Virus record (IMG/VR): IMGVR_UViG_3300032085_000337
Location: 1 to 64,000 of that record
Strand: one strand, 5' to 3'
Origin: a virus
DNA length: 64,000 nt
This document shows positions 18,601 to 26,869 of the stretch, piece after piece (the first letter of the stretch is position 1; every line of letters begins with the position of its first letter). The notes under the pieces were generated by a model. That model searched no databases. It saw only the letters and a list, made by a program, of their open reading frames with translations, and was not told where the DNA came from. Both the position numbers and the translations under genes were made by a program.

Positions 18601-20114
18601 AGCATAAACCCAAGGCGGGGGCCAAGGGCAGTCTGACCAGCTGAGAAGAGAGAAGCAGCAGACCGTTTAAGGAAACCTTCTTCTACGTTTACATCCTCAA
18701 TCTCTGTAGCAAGACGACTTGTATCAACACGTTCACTGTACTCAAGATACCAGCCACGTTTATCCTCATCTACACCAAAGGCTTTAGTACGATCTGAGTT
18801 AAGACGTACTGCTTTGTAACGAGGGTCATCCTTGACAGCCTTCATTGCAGCTGCTTTTGTTGTGAAGGGTTTACCTGTGTCTGCCTTACCAAGAAGGGCA
18901 GTGTATATGTAGTTGTCTGAACCCTCGGCACGACGACGAGACACCTTAACAAAGGCGTTAGTTGACTGAGCAACAAGACGATCAGCTACTTCTGTTGTAG
19001 CCTCCGCCAATGATTTAGTTGTGAATGTTTTACCAGCAAAGGGTGAAGACAACATCTCTGCCATCTTCTCAAAGAGCATTGATCTCTTTGTACCTTCTGT
19101 TACAACAGCTGCGCTGGGCGTGTTGACAGAGGGCTTAGGGTCCATAGTGGATGGGCCTGCTTTGTAGGCAACGGCTGGAGAGGGTCTTGCAGAGTTAAGT
19201 TGCTTAACGGTAGCCTTACCCCCTTCAGCTATCCCCTTCGTGGCTGTAACGGCTTCTGAGACAGTCTTAGAGGCAAGCAGATCGGAGACTGCGGAACGAG
19301 TACCAGTAGCAGCCTTCTTAACACCAGCTGAGGCAAGACGACCTACAGTCTTTGTACCACCAAGAGTAGCAATGTCAGCAAGGGCTAGGAGTTGGTTGAA
19401 GCCAGCATCTGTGTCAGTACCAAAGTTATCAACCAAGGCCTGTAGTTCTTTCAGGCTCTCGTACTCACGAATGTTGAAGAGACCCTTTGCTTCTGCATCT
19501 GCAATCTCTTTATCCCAGAAGGCATTGAACTCATCTTCTTCCATAAACAAGGAGTCAGCATACTTTTGTGAGAGGCTTGAATCCCTACGGATAGCCATCT
19601 CAAGTACACCTACAGTAAAGTCTCGTGCCGTGTTCAATGCACCAGCTGTCAACCACTTGAAGGTAGAAGGATCATTCTCTTCCAGACGTTTAGAGATACG
19701 GCTGCTAATCTTCTCGTAGTTGGTGAGGACACGGAGTGACTCAGGGTTCACTGTCTCATCGTCTACCATCAACATACTTGAGAAGATAAACTCCTGAGGT
19801 GCTACAGCAATAGCCTTACGTTCTACGTGCTCACGAGCAAGTCGGCCAGCCTCCTCTACGGAAACACCAGCCTCGTATAGAGTATCAAGGTAACGAGTAA
19901 GATCGGGATACTGTTTAGCAAGACCCTCATGTGTGAAGTCTTGGTTTGCCCGTGTCTCAGAGATAACCTGTGGGTCTTCATCCAGAAGATAAGCCTGAGC
20001 TTCCACAGTTTCGATCTCAAGAGGAGAGTTAGGGTCAATAGGTTTACTTTTAGATTGAGTGGTCTCTTCTTCAAGACCTCCCTCAAGCTCCTCGAAAGAT
20101 GCAATGCTATCCAT
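15660..20114 (-). CDS. Large internal virion (ejection) protein
   Basis: 1484 aa ORF downstream of tail tubular B, GNAT and gp14-like genes. Confidence 0.7.
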   Translation of the reverse strand: MDSIASFEELEGGLEEETTQSKSKPIDPNSPLEIETVEAQAYLLDEDPQVISETRANQDFTHEGLAKQYPDLTRYLDTLYEAGVSVEEAGRLAREHVERKAIAVAPQEFIFSSMLMVDDETVNPESLRVLTNYEKISSRISKRLEENDPSTFKWLTAGALNTARDFTVGVLEMAIRRDSSLSQKYADSLFMEEDEFNAFWDKEIADAEAKGLFNIREYESLKELQALVDNFGTDTDAGFNQLLALADIATLGGTKTVGRLASAGVKKAATGTRSAVSDLLASKTVSEAVTATKGIAEGGKATVKQLNSARPSPAVAYKAGPSTMDPKPSVNTPSAAVVTEGTKRSMLFEKMAEMLSSPFAGKTFTTKSLAEATTEVADRLVAQSTNAFVKVSRRRAEGSDNYIYTALLGKADTGKPFTTKAAAMKAVKDDPRYKAVRLNSDRTKAFGVDEDKRGWYLEYSERVDTSRLATEIEDVNVEEGFLKRSAASLFSAGQTALGPRLGFMLNAAEGLVARVSKEADVAFKDISKLSKGESEELNKIITSYRDSPLGDTELDLAAQRGAPSSAKFEQDFMAVNGRVPSEQQMKAYRALVDFNNSSWNVKATEILKKVTERGGWTVDVSEGYTTIGVPVTVADDAVVFSRLQGSVRGSAVGDRIVYKLDEPFEDANGNFFEYVTDVADARVPQKSDVLGYNFGGSRNNETTNFFVGTLFDVEFAGGKKGKGGFRSLLGSYSSKEATSAARELNNIQETIGGFLKATGLKSISKLELSGEDLDRVNDIISRNNKWNPSVENFDDLKDLSQRHKESFANKFEVKRRDQQVDTEITDGYGLSVGDYQSRRVARKRGDAPLMEYGGGRVSNQDPITNILEQFQSTAYRYTHSKATQAAVNGWVDKARRMGNVTFDGPVPSDPNDFLRRAKIKGSEGVDADMAEQQTVIKRRMGLEERTDKENNFFIRMGQHIYDEGVFMGKGKGIKTNPEDWLDGAAGRVRAMVFHMKMGIFNPDQLVLNASHVAQIMAISPKAGIKATAAVPIIAQLMRKTPKAAAKDIDALYANGFAGMTKEELLATVKYMRESGRDIVGTSVLERSGTAFDPKKNAASEFLELGLTPYKMGELFGRIASVATAVVEHNAKKISDDVFSEAGLQYVANREQVLSFRMTSGQKGSYQEGAIMGLATQWMSYTNRFVDNILIGRDLTKAERARMVGVNTVLFGTRGMGFSPKMTAALVAFGVDPEDENSTATLNAVKFGLFDFMLSQLVGEDVSLGSRIAPMGGIVQQYSELFREDPLYATLGGPSAQIGFDTYKAIKATLETITGGHKQIAVEEFKVLMRNVKSVDIYSKVVELIETGEYRSKRRGLAGEFDEVGTGLAASVLGGATPMKVLNHYDAKDISYKEDAKFKDARRRIDTWATKALDLISTGEPDKMKQGRELYNDAMNLIEDGGFSEENQTKLYRAVVNLETMTDLVKRATGQSKASQLTAKASQGE

Positions 20115-20131
20115 TGTTAAGCCTTAAATTA

Positions 20132-20605
20132 TTACTTGAATAAGCCGAAGTCTTCAGCGTAGCCACCGAGAGTGGGTGCATTACCCGCTGCTGAGAAACC
20201 AAGTTTAGCAATGTCGCCATATGTCTGGGCTTGCATATTGAACTTAGAGATGTTAGCAGACAGGCCACTAAGCTGTGAACCAAAACCAAGTTCTGCACCA
20301 AGTTGTGAACGACCTGCACCAGTAGCACCAGAAAGACCTGAACTCTGGGAAGTACCAGCTGCTTGAGCAGAAGCTTTTGCACGGGCAGAGGCTAGGATGT
20401 TGGAACGGATAGCAGCCCTACGTTGACGTTTTGCCTGTACTTCCTGAGCTTGTTGCTGCGCCCTAGCTGACTTACGAGCGGCTTTACCTGCGGCAATAGT
20501 ACCACCCACTCCTACAACAGCACCGACAGTTGCAACACCTGCGGTAAATGCTGCTGCCCCTGTAGCCATTGTCAACGCTGTACCAATGGCAGTAAAAATA
20601 GCCAT
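20132..20605 (-). CDS. Internal virion protein (gp14-like)
   Basis: Gly/Ala-rich hydrophobic N-terminus followed by a Q/A/R coiled segment. Confidence 0.65.
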   Translation of the reverse strand: MAIFTAIGTALTMATGAAAFTAGVATVGAVVGVGGTIAAGKAARKSARAQQQAQEVQAKRQRRAAIRSNILASARAKASAQAAGTSQSSGLSGATGAGRSQLGAELGFGSQLSGLSANISKFNMQAQTYGDIAKLGFSAAGNAPTLGGYAEDFGLFK

Positions 20606-20606
20606 C

Positions 20607-21065
20607 TTAAAACTCCTTCATGTAATGGGTTTCCGCTTTGACGTAACCCTTTTTCTTGTATACTTTAGATAAGTCTGCTATCTCTTCCAGATATGCCATA
20701 CCGATGTACTTAGCACCTCGACCTTCTGCCCATTCCTCGTAAGTGGACATAAGACGGAAACCTGCAGATGTTTTACGGTAGTCTTTGTGTACAAACCAAG
20801 CAATCTCACTAGCCACTTTCTCAGAGGAGAAGAGGGGTTCCATTACTTGACAACAGATGTAACCAACTATCTCACCATCCGTCTCTGCTACAAAGACATT
20901 TACATCTTCCAATGGTAGAGTAGCTAGGAAAACTTCCTGTGTCTTTTTAGCATCCCAAGAGTAAGGGAGTTTGGACTCTTTGTGAAACTGTTTGAACAAC
21001 ATGAGACAGTCAAGAAGATCGCCCTCAACTGCCTCACGGATATTAATAGCTGTTGTTTTTAGCAC
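20607..21065 (-). CDS. GNAT acetyltransferase at the T7 gp13-like position
   Basis: IREA..D, VAETDGEIVG, WFVHKDYRKTSAG, VYKKKGY. Confidence 0.8.
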   Translation of the reverse strand: MLKTTAINIREAVEGDLLDCLMLFKQFHKESKLPYSWDAKKTQEVFLATLPLEDVNVFVAETDGEIVGYICCQVMEPLFSSEKVASEIAWFVHKDYRKTSAGFRLMSTYEEWAEGRGAKYIGMAYLEEIADLSKVYKKKGYVKAETHYMKEF

Positions 21066-23190
21066 CGATTACCTCGTAGCCTACTAGGTGGAAGTCTTTA
21101 CCTGAGACACTCTCAAACCTAAGTTTCATTGATCTCCCTCGTCCACGTACCTTTGACTTAGTTACAACCGTGTCAGTAGGGTAGTTGATAGAAGATAGAT
21201 CATTGGGGTTTACAACAGGTACGTCCTTGAGTTTGTAGATTTCTCTCGGAGTGCTGTTACTCTTAGAAAGGTTCCACGACACAGACATCAAACAGCTAGA
21301 TGGGTTGATAAACTCATAACCTACACCACTTGCTACATACCCGTCTTCTGTTACTCGCATATAGGTTGTTACATAGGGAGCATTCTTGAATGTAGTAATG
21401 TCACCCATGAAGTCGTAACCAGCCTCAGCAAAGCTCTTGTAGTCTGCAGAACCCCAGTCAAGATATGTGTCACCTCGGAATGTAGCAAAGGTCATCTTAC
21501 CTGTCGTACCATCCCGAACAAGTAGTTTGATCTCACTGTCACCCTCAAGGTAGTCACGATACAGAGTAGCTACTACGTTGTCACTTCCGTTCACAACAAC
21601 ATCAGCACCATTAACTACTTGGGTCTCTGTGGAAGTAGAACCAAGGCCACCATAGTAAGAAGTACCAATGATGTAAGAAGTGCTAGATGCTTCATCTTCT
21701 ACACGCCAAGGATAGAAAGCCTGTAGGGCCAAGTCCATGACTAGGATGTTGTTATACTTGTAGTCAATACTCTCATCGTTATCAGGGTAGAACCAGAACA
21801 CACGTTGGTTGATCTTGTCATACTCAACAGTAACCTGAGCCTTCTTGGCGTTTGAGATGTTGTTCCACAAAGTCTGGATAGTACTGAGAGACAAGTTCTG
21901 AGCAGTTGGTGTGTTGAGGTTTTCAGACTGCTGTACTGCGTAGATACCAGTCTTGCCCCACCAGATAGGGATACCATCTGCTACAACGAAGGAGTTTTCA
22001 TTAGAAAGACCTACATCACTGATGCGAGTGATAGCATACTCAGTTGCACGGAATACGTTATCAACACCAGCAACAGCCCACACACCGTTCTCAGCAAACA
22101 CCAAGAGTGAAGCACCTAGTACGTGGAGCTTACGGATGTTGTGAGCATCAGGGATACGTACAACACCACCATCAGTGTCGAGTAGATCACTAAGTACTTC
22201 AGAGGTAGGGTCATTTACTTGGTAGCAGTTGCCTACATCTGACATACGTTCAGTCAAACGAGAGAAGTAAACCTTACCACCGTTCTTAGCTGAGTCAATG
22301 CCTGCATAGAATACACGACCAGCATACGCAGCAACAGAACGGAAACGACCTGTCTCAACTTCTGTTGTCAGTCCTGTACGGGCTTTATTGAACACATCCA
22401 AGACATAGTGACCGTTAGAGGCCAGAGATGAACCAGTGTAAATCTCTAACCAGTCGGCTTTATTGAAAGCTCCGTTAGCATTTTTACCAGAATACCAAGG
22501 GTGAGTCAGAGCAGGATAGACTATGTAAGAACCATAAGTGTTTAAAGCAGCACTACCTTTTGGACCAACCCAACCTACGTTGTACGTGTCGTATATTCTT
22601 TGGTTACTTACTGATGTGCCTTCACCGAAGTATAGACTGGTAACATCTACATCAGAACCCTGCCACTCAAAGTCTCTTTCCTTAAAGGAGATAGAGGTTG
22701 CTGTGAAGGCTTCTGTACTGGTGTTGAACTCTAGGTAGAAAGTGTTGATTGCGGGAGAAGCCACAATCAGGTAGCCATTCAAGGAAGTGACTTGAACACG
22801 TTCCTCAGAAGGAGATAGGTTGTTAGAGGCAGAGTGAGTATTAAGATCAACACTGCCTGAGTACTTGTTAGCCGACAGAGGGTCAGTAGACTTCTCATAG
22901 AAGTAGAGAATGTTGTTAACTTGTACTACAAGAAACTCAAGGTTAACCTGACCAGCTACGTTGTACCAGTCAAGTGTTTGAACCAGAGCACCCTCAGGTA
23001 CAACAACATCTGAGAGTACATGGTTGTCTTCTAGTGTGACAGCCTTACGTCTACGACGAGTACCATCACGCCCAAGAGAACAGTTAAGCTCATCAACAGA
23101 TGCGTTCTCTGGGAATGTAAGTTCAGAGGCCTCAGTGATGAGACCCTTGATAAAGGTGTTAACCGTTCTCTGGGTCAGGCTTTGTGGCAT
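21043..23190 (-). CDS. Tail tubular protein B / nozzle
   Basis: 715 aa beta-rich, AYAGRVFYAG, C-terminal RGRGRSMKLRF; position after tubular A. Confidence 0.75.
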   Translation of the reverse strand: MPQSLTQRTVNTFIKGLITEASELTFPENASVDELNCSLGRDGTRRRRKAVTLEDNHVLSDVVVPEGALVQTLDWYNVAGQVNLEFLVVQVNNILYFYEKSTDPLSANKYSGSVDLNTHSASNNLSPSEERVQVTSLNGYLIVASPAINTFYLEFNTSTEAFTATSISFKERDFEWQGSDVDVTSLYFGEGTSVSNQRIYDTYNVGWVGPKGSAALNTYGSYIVYPALTHPWYSGKNANGAFNKADWLEIYTGSSLASNGHYVLDVFNKARTGLTTEVETGRFRSVAAYAGRVFYAGIDSAKNGGKVYFSRLTERMSDVGNCYQVNDPTSEVLSDLLDTDGGVVRIPDAHNIRKLHVLGASLLVFAENGVWAVAGVDNVFRATEYAITRISDVGLSNENSFVVADGIPIWWGKTGIYAVQQSENLNTPTAQNLSLSTIQTLWNNISNAKKAQVTVEYDKINQRVFWFYPDNDESIDYKYNNILVMDLALQAFYPWRVEDEASSTSYIIGTSYYGGLGSTSTETQVVNGADVVVNGSDNVVATLYRDYLEGDSEIKLLVRDGTTGKMTFATFRGDTYLDWGSADYKSFAEAGYDFMGDITTFKNAPYVTTYMRVTEDGYVASGVGYEFINPSSCLMSVSWNLSKSNSTPREIYKLKDVPVVNPNDLSSINYPTDTVVTKSKVRGRGRSMKLRFESVSGKDFHLVGYEVIGAKNNSY

Positions 23191-23476
23191 TTAGTTTTTC
23201 CTTCTCAGCCTGACGTTCTTTGGCTCGGTCATTAACAGCTTTTCTAGCGGTAGGTTTCTTATGAGCTAAGTGAAGTTTAACAGCTGCTAGAGCACCTGCT
23301 GCTCCAGTCCAACTACCTTGAAGTCCTGCGGGAAGTGGAGCACCGTTCTCATACTTAACTGCGTAGAACTTAAAACCATCCTGAGGCTTATAAACAACCA
23401 AAGCCTTCTCGGTCTTGTCACTCTTCACAACATAAGTTTGACCGTCTTCACTTTTACTTACTTCAATTTCTGCCAT
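23159..23476 (-). CDS. Hypothetical protein
   Basis: 105 aa ORF between tail tubular A and B. Confidence 0.65.
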   Translation of the reverse strand: MAEIEVSKSEDGQTYVVKSDKTEKALVVYKPQDGFKFYAVKYENGAPLPAGLQGSWTGAAGALAAVKLHLAHKKPTARKAVNDRAKERQAEKEKLNATKPDPENG

Positions 23477-24221
23477 AGTTGTTCTTAGCTCTTCCTGTGT
23501 TTACTTTATACATATCGTTCTGAACATAGACCTTTTGTCTACGAGCAGTCTGTTCGATCTTAGGATCAGCACCTGACTTAAACAGAGACATTGCAGTAGC
23601 CTTAGCCTCTGCTAACAAGAAAGGGAACATCGTAGCATCCATGTCTGGTACAAAGGTATCAGAGAAGGAATCAAACGTAGGATACTTGACACCGTAGGCC
23701 CGTGTCTTAGCTGATGTAAGAAGAGCATCCACAGATGCGTCATACGAGTCTAGTACAATAGTGTCATCATCGAACGATGTGTAGTACATAGGCATAGCAT
23801 CTTTACGAATAAGAAGAATGCTTTCAGAACCTACGTCAGGAACCTGCTTTACATTAGAGGCTAGACTGTTTCTGTTATCTACTAGTCCCAAGAACTCGTC
23901 AGGGCTGAGGTACTTAAGTCGTCTGTACTCTACACCACCTGAAACACGAGATACGTTGTAGTCTAGAAACTCAATTTTCTTAACACGGGCAGGGAAAGAG
24001 AAGTGAGTAGGACGGGCTGAACTAGAGAAAGAAGTAAGCTTCAGAGTCTGAGAATGCTCAGGGATAAAGCGAGTAGCAATCATTGCAAAGTAAGTATTCT
24101 CTACTACTTTAGCAATCTGTTCAGCTTCATTAGAATCTACAAGACTGTTGATCTCCTCCGAATCCATGTCGGACAAGATGTTCTGAACCATTTCGAGGAG
24201 AGTCATCTTCATGTTATGCAC
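23463..24221 (-). CDS. Tail tubular protein A / adaptor
   Basis: N-terminal TLLEMVQNILSDM..EEINSL pattern of gp11-like adaptors; position. Confidence 0.75.
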   Translation of the reverse strand: MHNMKMTLLEMVQNILSDMDSEEINSLVDSNEAEQIAKVVENTYFAMIATRFIPEHSQTLKLTSFSSSARPTHFSFPARVKKIEFLDYNVSRVSGGVEYRRLKYLSPDEFLGLVDNRNSLASNVKQVPDVGSESILLIRKDAMPMYYTSFDDDTIVLDSYDASVDALLTSAKTRAYGVKYPTFDSFSDTFVPDMDATMFPFLLAEAKATAMSLFKSGADPKIEQTARRQKVYVQNDMYKVNTGRAKNNYGRN

Positions 24222-24786
24222 TCATTCCAATAATAGAGACATAGATGTTTGCGTAGTTTACATCTACGTTATCTGCATCCGCTTTAGTCTTGATCTCAAT
24301 ATAATCGTTTTGATTGAGGGTAGTAACACCTGTTACACTGATAGAACCCCAGTTCCCTGAGGAGATAGTACGAATTGCTCTTGAGCCTACAATCTCCACA
24401 CCGTTCTTAAACAATGCCCACTGGACTGCGTGACTTGCACCACCAGCCTGTGAGGATGACATAGTTACATTAATGAGACTTGTAATCTCTGTGGGGTCAT
24501 CGTATCTAAAACGAAGGTTAGGGGATGTAAGAACAGTGAAACCTTCTACATGAGAAGAAGAGACTGGGAAGGATAGGAACTTCTCAACTGTATCCGTATC
24601 AATGGTGTACGCATAAGGAGAAGTGGCAGAGAAAGAAGTAGCAGCACCTAGGTGTCTATGGATAGGTTGCCATGTACCACTACCAGAACCATTAGCAACA
24701 TATACTTCACCACTGTTAGCTGTAGCTGTACCCTTAGGTTCATGCAATGCACTACCAGTAAGAGAGGAATGTTCTACGTTAGCCAT
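24214..24786 (-). CDS. Structural protein with a C1q/TNF-like beta-sandwich C-terminus
   Basis: LHEPKG..A..G.VYVANG.GSG.W N-terminus; LFKNG and TLNQNDYIEI in the C-terminal domain. Confidence 0.55.
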   Translation of the reverse strand: MANVEHSSLTGSALHEPKGTATANSGEVYVANGSGSGTWQPIHRHLGAATSFSATSPYAYTIDTDTVEKFLSFPVSSSHVEGFTVLTSPNLRFRYDDPTEITSLINVTMSSSQAGGASHAVQWALFKNGVEIVGSRAIRTISSGNWGSISVTGVTTLNQNDYIEIKTKADADNVDVNYANIYVSIIGMSA

Positions 24787-24823
24787 AATAATTAGTCCTT
24801 AGCAGGGGAGACTTGTTAAGACT

Positions 24824-24852
24824 ATTATACACACAGGTAAATATCTTGTCAA
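24824..24852 (-). promoter_or_regulatory. Sigma70 consensus late promoter
   Basis: Minus strand TTGACA-17 bp-TATAAT. Confidence 0.85.
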
Positions 24853-24854
24853 GC

Positions 24855-24892
24855 ATAAAAGAAGAAGGAGGGAATTTCTCCCCTCCCCCTGT
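24855..24892 (-). terminator. Terminator after the major capsid gene
   Basis: Minus strand AGGGGGAGGGG-loop-TCCCTCCTTCT followed by TCTTTT. Confidence 0.65.
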
Positions 24893-24902
24893 TGCAAGTT
24901 AG

Positions 24903-25844
24903 TTACGCAAGAGGCGCAGTCATAACAGTTGCAAGGTTCTCTGGACGGTACAGTTTCAGACCGTAACGTGCAGTAGTAACGAACTCTGTACGCTGGAAGT
25001 CTTTGTTGTACTCTGTGTCCACTTCTGGCATCTGACGCCATGCACCAACGAAAGGCAATACAGCTTGGTCAGCAGAGAAGAACATGTTTGTGATTGCGTT
25101 GTTTACAGTTGTACCACCGATTGTTTCAGCAGCTTCTGTCTTCAGGTAGTTAGAAGTGTAAACGTCGAAACCGTAGATGTTCGCAATGAACGACATACCA
25201 GTTGCAATACCATCACGTACAACACCTTCCCAACGTGGGTTGTTGGATACGTTTGTAAGTTGTGACAGTGTGTTAAGTTCAAACTCAACTGATGGGTCAA
25301 CGATAGCTACGAGGTTCTTCTGTGGAACTTTTGCAGTCTTAAGAGCAAGGTTGGCTTTAGCAAAGTCTGCTACGCCGATCTTACCGCCAGTACCTGAACC
25401 GAGCATACGGTGATCAACGCCATTGATTGTGTTGGCATCGTCAACAGTTTGCTGGCCACCGAGAGCCATGATGTCTGACTCAAGACGTTCCATGAGAGCA
25501 CGTTCCTGAAGTGGTACGAACTGAGACATGATCTCGTTTGCGTAGTACACATCCTGCATTGCTTTGTTGGTGATGTAGTTACCAGCTTGCAGGTACTCAG
25601 TGATTGAGAATGTGAACTGTGCATCGTCGATGGGATCGTATGTTACAGCTGTATCTTCAGAGTAGTTGTTGATTGTCGCATCACCGAGTGATGGGATTTT
25701 GAATGTGTCTCCGTCTGGGAATTGATCCAGCCACTTGACATATTTCATACCCTGCAGTTCGTCACGCAGGATTTCTTTAAGTTCGGCGGACCAAACTTCT
25801 GCACGTTTTGCAAGTGCGAGTGTTGCTACTGTGTTACCAGCCAT
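24903..25844 (-). CDS. Major capsid protein (podovirus)
   Basis: AEVWSAEL, GDTFKIP, IYGFDVYTSN, YGLKLYRPE; follows the scaffold gene. Confidence 0.88.
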   Translation of the reverse strand: MAGNTVATLALAKRAEVWSAELKEILRDELQGMKYVKWLDQFPDGDTFKIPSLGDATINNYSEDTAVTYDPIDDAQFTFSITEYLQAGNYITNKAMQDVYYANEIMSQFVPLQERALMERLESDIMALGGQQTVDDANTINGVDHRMLGSGTGGKIGVADFAKANLALKTAKVPQKNLVAIVDPSVEFELNTLSQLTNVSNNPRWEGVVRDGIATGMSFIANIYGFDVYTSNYLKTEAAETIGGTTVNNAITNMFFSADQAVLPFVGAWRQMPEVDTEYNKDFQRTEFVTTARYGLKLYRPENLATVMTAPLA

Positions 25845-25856
25845 TGTCGTATTCCT

Positions 25857-26624
25857 TTATCGGTAAAAGTTGTCACCCAGACGGTCGGCATCAGCCATCA
25901 TTGCTCGCTGGGTAGACGGTTTATAGTATAGTGACGAGTTCTCTTTGCGAAGGCGTTGGTAGTAACCAAAGTCCCTCTCAGAAGAGGCTTGCATTGTAGA
26001 ACCTTCGGTACGAATGCTCCCTTGAACCAGTGGGTTTGAACGGGGTGCTGGCTTACCCATCAACTGCATAAACGCAGCAGGGGACTTAGCAGCCATACTC
26101 TGTAGCTCCGCCATTGGTAGCCCTAGCTCAGAAGCTTTTTGCTGCACTGTAGCAGCTGCCTCTGTTCCGTAGGCCTTTTCAAGTTCCGACTCAACCAGAG
26201 CAATGTTGCTTTTAGCTACACTTTCCTGCTCTCGCTTCCTCAGGGTCTGTTCAACTAGGCTCTCAATGTCTGCTTCACTCGAACTTGGCTTGGTATTAGC
26301 TACATCCGCAGTGCCACCGATATTATTATTGGGGTCTGAAAGTTCGGCGGTGGAGGCCGAGGCCGTTTCTTTCAGATGTTCAGTAACTCCTAGTCGATAA
26401 GCCTGTTTCTCAAGGTCAGCCTTCAAAGCAGCATTCTCTTGTTTCATCTGTTCGATGAACTTATCTGCTTCAAGTTTGCCTTTAGCTAGTGCTTCGACAT
26501 CATTGAACTTACGTCCCTCTCCCACAAGTTCATTCACAACAGAAGGGCTGGTCGGCTCCTCAAAAGATGAAACTTGCTCACTCTGTGTTGCGGGGGTCAC
26601 CTGCTCCTCAGAAAATACACTCAT
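25857..26624 (-). CDS. Capsid scaffolding protein
   Basis: Acidic, coiled-coil, GRKFNDVEALAKG; between portal and MCP. Confidence 0.75.
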   Translation of the reverse strand: MSVFSEEQVTPATQSEQVSSFEEPTSPSVVNELVGEGRKFNDVEALAKGKLEADKFIEQMKQENAALKADLEKQAYRLGVTEHLKETASASTAELSDPNNNIGGTADVANTKPSSSEADIESLVEQTLRKREQESVAKSNIALVESELEKAYGTEAAATVQQKASELGLPMAELQSMAAKSPAAFMQLMGKPAPRSNPLVQGSIRTEGSTMQASSERDFGYYQRLRKENSSLYYKPSTQRAMMADADRLGDNFYR

Positions 26625-26626
26625 TG

Positions 26627-26869
26627 TTATTCCTTGTCTAAGTTGATCAGGTCCAACACAGTGGTCACTGCTCGATTGAACCCGTTACGGTCTGCCTGTT
26701 TATATGCCCACGAGGGTGAGTCATAGTCTGCGGCAGGGGTAGTCTCCTTAAGCATAGGCTCTAGGATTTCTTTGAGGCGGTCTAGACTATCTCTGTTAGA
26801 CTGGAGTGTCTGGGCAACCGCCTCTTTTTCTTTCTTTGACTTACAGTCTCTGAACCAAGCTGCCTTCAT
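26627..26869 (-). CDS. Conserved small protein after the portal gene
   Basis: 80 aa, YDSPSWAYKQADRNG. Confidence 0.7.
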   Translation of the reverse strand: MKAAWFRDCKSKKEKEAVAQTLQSNRDSLDRLKEILEPMLKETTPAADYDSPSWAYKQADRNGFNRAVTTVLDLINLDKE

